Shown here: positions 59,101-64,000 of the stretch, piece after piece | Layout of the letters: every line of letters begins with the position of its first letter | How positions within the stretch are numbered: position 1 is the first letter of the stretch | Assembly (NCBI GenBank): GCA_002633005.1 | Contig: NMRA01000007.1 | Location: forward strand, 1,192,362 to 1,256,361 | Origin: Phoronis australis | Taxonomy: Eukaryota; Animalia; Phoronida | Length of the DNA stretch: 64,000 nt | Reading direction: 5' to 3' | Translations under genes and position numbers: made by a program | The notes under the pieces: generated by a model | Told to the model about the DNA's origin: nothing | Databases searched by the model: none | What the model saw: only the letters and a program-made list of their open reading frames with translations

Positions 59101-62100
59101 TGATCTGCAATTACAATTTAAGGTCATGTAAGACTTTGTAGCCAAATATCTACATAACTGTCAATTTTAACTCAGTAAAAGTAAATATTTTCGGAAAGTG
59201 GAAACCCTGTAGAATTTGATTTTTGACTTTTTATCAGTCTGTCTTAAATTGGGTCAAATGATCATGTCTTTTTAGTAAAATTTAATAAATAAGAAAGGTT
59301 CACTAATAGCAAAACTACAGTATCAATAACACGACCAAATTTCGTGTGATAAAAATGTTCAAGATGAAATCTCAATAAACGCTGCTAGCTACGTAGTTTT
59401 CTAAATTATCCTTTCATTTTCATTTTATGCAACTTTTAAGTTTTTTTCCTTTAAGACCATAAAAGCAAAAGTAGAGCTTTTTAAAAACAATTCCTTAAAG
59501 ACGTATCGGAGAACAGTGCATAATGCCTGAAAAATTCATAAGAATCCGATCAGCAATTAAGTTTATGTAGAACCAAACAAAAATGCCCAAATTTGGGCAT
59601 TTTTGTTTGGTTCCCCATAAACTTAATTGCCATTTCTTTCCACGGCTTGAAACCAGTTCTCAGCTGACTATAGGGTGAGATCAGTTTTATAGGGGAAAGG
59701 GGACTAAATTAAAAGTTACTAAATCTTTAAGTAGAAGGCCGACACAGGTAAACAGCAGCTTTAAGGCTTGCAAGGTTACATACAATAAAATTTCGCAAAG
59801 TTACCTCACAATATGGCTAGCGAGGGAAAAGTTATTCTGATATTCTTTGTACATTATAAATAGGTCCAACTTAATGCTGATTACCATTTTCAAGTTCGGT
59901 ATTGTGGCTACCAGCAAACAGTATGACGAAAATTGTGAACATAATTTGCATGACGTTAAAAGTTTTTGAAAAATAAAATGGTGGCAATTATTTTTGTCTA
60001 AAATTGGTGAGGTTTTAACATTGGTGACCCGCTAATTTTGTCCTTGTCCATATAAGCATATTTGAAATTTACTGTTTGTTGGGCAAGTGATGATTTCACT
60101 AGAACTTTTTCTTAATTTTGCCCCATTTTTTCTTCATTTGCCTGGCTTTTTCACTGCTTTTGCCCAAACTTGAAGGCAATTACCCCTCTCCAGCAAACAA
60201 ACCGTACCTGTCCATCTCTTGACTATTGTTTGTCCAGTCAGAATTCAATCATCTTATATATCATTTACGCCAGTTTCACTTCTCTTGAATTGTTTGATTT
60301 ATGTCCTACGTGGTAATAGACCTCTTAAAATATTCTTTTTTTGACCGTGCAAGAAATAACTTTGATATTTTTAACCAATGCTGTTTTATATTTATGTTTA
60401 TATTCATATTTACAGTTTCTTGTAGTTGGTAATTTTCTGAAAAAGTAACATATTGAAGTTCCTGTGATCCAGCCTTTCTCAAAAAACTAACTGCCATTAC
60501 AAAGCTGGTTTCAACATCTTTCGTACGGTCTCAGATTCGAGATGTTTTCTGGGTTGAGTAGACGTGACTTGTGTCGTTGTACGAGACCAAAATGAATAAG
60601 GGACTGTTCTCAATAATTGTTATTTTTACGAGTCCAAAAGCACTTTAGGAGAGAGGGGGTCAAGGCTTGCTGCCAGAGTCTGCTTTTCACATCAAAAGAC
60701 AATTGAAAATGCAGCTTTTTTGCTTTTTCTTATGTTGAAATATGATTAAATAATTAGCCAGCAACTGAAATATCCATGTACAACATATCACAAGACTGCA
60801 CACCTGTTGTTTCCCACTTTTCATGCTGCAAGAAAACAGCATCAATTAAATTTAAATTTTACTCAAAACCACTTATAACAAAATCATCCGTTTGTCAGGA
60901 TGTGACTGTATACTTGATGTGTATGTAGTTTTTGCGACAACTGGCCAGTGATGATGCCAGTAGAAATTTTTTGTGGTCACGCTTAGGATGTTCTTAAAAC
61001 ATTTTGATTTCCCTGTGCTCTTTCCTCTTGATGGAATGGTGGATTGGGAAATTTCCATTTTCCACAGGGAAAACGCTTTATTTTGTGTGGGGAGAATACT
61101 TTATATTCCACGGGGAAAGTGCTCTTTTATTGTCTGGACATGCTCGTTTTTGTTGCAAAAATGTCTCATTTTTACAAGTGAAAAAAATGTCAGATTACAA
61201 GCATAGCATTGAGATGTTGTAGTTTAGGATTGAACACAGTGAATGAAAATAACCGCTTTATTTTGCCATGCTACAGTGCAAACTTCAACGTCTTTGTACG
61301 CTCTTATTTTTACACTCTTGAAAATGGCAATAACAGGCCCTAAGATGGCTTGTCGCAGTGAGTAATTTTATATGCTGAGTGTCGTCTCATGCAATACAAT
61401 TTGACAGAATCCTCTACCAGCTCAGAAATTCTTTCCATCTCAGTAAGAAAAAAATGAGACCAGTTTTACATTTGATTTAAGTCGCAACTTATTTTCTCTT
61501 ACTGAGGTTTTTAACAGCTTTTCACAATACATTGCAAGTTTATTATGTGGTATCATCTTCAAAACTGCATGTTTTTTCCACAACATCTAAATACATGCAA
61601 AAAATTAACTTATGACTACTGGACTATAAAACAAACTTCCTGATGTTGTGGAGCCACCTGAGTGAGGATTAATGATTGTGGTTCCAGCGAAAATTTAGGC
61701 ATCCTCTGTCAGTGTTTGTTGACAACACCTGAAAGGACCTGGACCGTAAGTCAGATATTTTAAATCCGACACCTTCATGTTTATTCAGAGATTGTCAGAA
61801 AGTTTGTTTTATAGTACTATCAAGTCCAGTAGTCATGAGTTATAACTTTTTGCATCTATTTATTCACCTGGATGAATCTTAATATCCATCGTTTAACAAC
61901 TGCTAAGTTTTAGTTATTAGTTTTCGTGTGACTTCGCTCTGATTCTAGCATATTGGTATCGGCATATGTGAACAAATTAAGTCAATTACAGAAGCGATGT
62001 TTCAGTTTGTTCGATGTGAAATTAAGAACTATTTTGTCAGTTTCTTGGCAGATGTACTTGTATTTCTAGGAGAGTTTGCATACCATGGTCACAGAGTAAA

Positions 62101-62724
62101 AGTCTACGACAGCAACTTACCAGCTTTGAACAGCGTGTTTGATCGAGTGGAAGAAGACAAGAAACAACTGTTGCAAGATGGACTTATGGCACACAAAAAT
62201 TTTATTGTACGTGAGTTACGCATTTTTTGAACTTGCGCTTTGGTAGTATACTACAAAGCTACAGTGTGAAAACGTACATTTGGAGAATGTATTTAATGAG
62301 ACTCTAAGTTTTCCCACTTGTTATAAGTAAGCAAGTCTCATACGGAACGTATAACAGCAATTGGAATAGGGAATTCTCGTAAATTACAGACCTTTATTTG
62401 TTTTACGATCAGTATTTTTAACCATTAGATGATAAGAAATGAAGTTCACTTAATCAACAGCGGCAAACATTTTGTTAGTGGATCACGAGAACGTCAAAGG
62501 ATGTACTATTATATATTGCTCGATGATAGTTTTTTTGGCATCAGTGAATTTTTATGTAATCTGTAAATCCACTGTCATCATGATGACTAGAGAATTGTTA
62601 CATGATTGTCACTGACAGGGTCAGATCCTATGTATGAGTCAACTAGAAGAGGCAGTGCGAGATGCAGAGTTTATCATTGAAGTTGTACATGATGATCTAC
62701 CTATTAAATTGGACCTGTTTGAAA
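56117..62724 (+). CDS. 3-hydroxyacyl-CoA dehydrogenase family protein (3-hydroxybutyryl-CoA dehydrogenase / lambda-crystallin-like), first three exons; continues beyond the window
   Basis: join(56117-56168,62070-62206,62619-62724): MVKIAVLGCGLMGVKIAGEFAYHGHRVKVYD (Rossmann GxGxxG plus acidic residue)...LEEAVRDAEFIIEVVHDDLPIKLDLFE (3HCDH_N-type IE...K motif). Confidence 0.88.
56280..56811 (+). mobile_element. Internally deleted Harbinger transposon with a transposase N-terminal relic
   Basis: TIRs GAAGCGTGTTCAACAGAGTGAGCGCCC / GGGCGCTCACTCTATTGAACACGCTTC; broken ORF from 56376 ending PRYSDPQFKSHFRMSQSTFE (Harbinger FRMS motif). Confidence 0.8.
56990..58885 (+). pseudogene. Possible highly decayed THAP-containing (Kolobok-like) transposase
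   Basis: Ordered fragments W...ICEAHF (57080), SIGIQT (57765), FESTLLQL (58380), GIFLANM/ALYFSGG/IQRKTYIF (58585-58770), GHQGCNVM-x-SAK (58846-58883). Confidence 0.4.
59553..59630. repeat. 78-bp palindrome with no spacer
   Basis: GCAATTAAGTTTATG-TA-GAACCAAACAAAAATGCCCAAA|TTTGGGCATTTTTGTTTGGTTC-CC-CATAAACTTAATTGC. Confidence 0.92.
61588..61862. mobile_element. MITE with imperfect TIRs of about 55 bp
   Basis: ATGCAAAAA..ATGACTACTGGACT..ATAAAACAAACTT / AAGTTTGTTTTAT..AGTCCAGTAGTCAT..TTTTTGCAT. Confidence 0.7.
62070..62206 (+). CDS. Dehydrogenase exon 2
   Basis: GEFAYHGHRVKVYDSNLPALNSVFDRVEEDKKQLLQDGLMAHKNFI; donor GTACGT, phase 0. Confidence 0.87.
62619..62724 (+). CDS. Dehydrogenase exon 3
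   Basis: GQILCMSQLEEAVRDAEFIIEVVHDDLPIKLDLFE; CAG acceptor, GTAAGT donor. Confidence 0.88.
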
Positions 62725-62929
62725 GTAAGTCTGCTTTCATGGTTTCGTTTTTTGTTGTTAGTAACTATGGTAAAAATTTTCTAGTTTGGAACAGTGAAAA
62801 ATTAAGTATTTTGCTCAAAGTCGGAGCTTATCCATACTCAACTTTCAATTTTCCTAAATGGAAATGATATTCTTAATAAACATCAATGTGGTTTCAGGAA
62901 ATGTCACTCTACAGAACTTGCCTCGCTTG

Positions 62930-64000
62930 AACTTTTAGACCGCATTTGTTCCCATCATGGTAATGACATGAATCCCGTGGTCATCTTTCTAGATTTCTCT
63001 AAAGCTTTCGACACAATAGACCACCAAATACTCTTGCAAAAGATAAATCACTATGGTATTACTGGAGTTGAATATACACTGTTTAAAAGTTATCTCTCAA
63101 ACCACACCCAATATGTTTCACTAAGTGATACAACTTCCAGTTGGTTACCAATATCTACCGGGGTTCCCCAAGGCTCTGTCCTTGACCCACTTCTCTTCCT
63201 AGTTTACATAAATGATCTTTCGTTTTCTTCTCCCATGGACACACTTCTTTATGCTGACGACACTTGCCTCGTCACACCTTACAAACTGACTGAATCTTCC
63301 CAACACAGCAATTAACCACCATCGACAACAACCTTAAATCTATTTCAGACTGGTTTTCCATGAACAAACTTTCAATTAACACATCAAAAAGTAAATTAAT
63401 GATCTTCCACTACCATCAAAAGAAAATTGAAAAATGTATTATTCCCACCATGCAAAACAATATGTCATGTGAACAGTTTTCCTTTCCTTGGTATTACTGT
63501 TGACAAAAACCTCTCATGGTCCCCCCACATTAACCTCAACTCAAGCAAACTTAACAATCTCGGTGGACTCTTATACAAATTGAAATCTTATCTTCCTCTT
63601 CCAGCTCTCAAGTTGATATATAATTCACTTGTCCTCCCACATTTAAACTATGGCATTGCAACTTGGGGTTTTGGCAACACTAAGAAACTTCAGACAGCCC
63701 AGAAGAGAATCCTCAGGAATATATCAAATTCCAGTTATAATTCTCACTCTCTGCCCGCATGTAAGGAATTTCGCTTCCCTCTACTTCAAAACATCTTTAA
63801 AATCTCAACTGAAAATTTTACTACAAATTCCTCAATAATCAGCTTCCTAAGTATTTTTACACTAACAACTTCTTTAGTAAACCCATCCAATATAAACCAA
63901 CCAGACACAGTAAAACTCCTACATACCTGAATTAATACTCAGCTGCTATACCGACAATACAACCCAAAATTTTAATTCCTCCGTCCAACAAATTGTCATC
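62930..64000 (+). mobile_element. CR1/L2-superfamily LINE reverse transcriptase relic (frameshifted, 5'-truncated) in dehydrogenase intron 3
   Basis: FLDFSKAFDTIDH, GVPQGSVLDPLLF, YADD, FLGITVDKNLSW, IYNSLVLPHLNYG in successive frames. Confidence 0.93.

Overview
AT-rich, intron-rich and transposon-rich animal (invertebrate-like) genomic DNA, not prokaryotic. I built three spliced genes by hand from splice sites and reading-frame phase. (1) A 16-exon + strand Prune/PRUNE2-like gene (CDS 9160-39872, about 1562 aa) has an intact DHH/DHHA2 phosphoesterase, a 2.7-kb acidic disordered exon and a C-terminal BCH (BNIP2/CRAL-TRIO-like) domain. It has two GC-AG introns and a read-through/poly(A) option in exon 8 that would give a separate PRUNE1-like enzyme of about 442 aa. 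(2) A complete 6-exon - strand ARMT1/DUF89 damage-control phosphatase (55978-45285, 441 aa) lies tail-to-tail with Prune. (3) The first three exons of a 3-hydroxyacyl-CoA dehydrogenase-family gene (from 56117, +) lie head-to-head with ARMT1, with 138 bp between the start codons. Introns and flanks carry LINE relics, a Penelope relic with a degenerate hammerhead core, a Helentron/DINE-like element, Harbinger, hAT and Kolobok-like elements, a cluster of TAGGC-ended elements with 9-bp TSDs, fold-back MITEs and minisatellites. Gene models and family assignments come from motif recognition only; no database search or RNA evidence was available.
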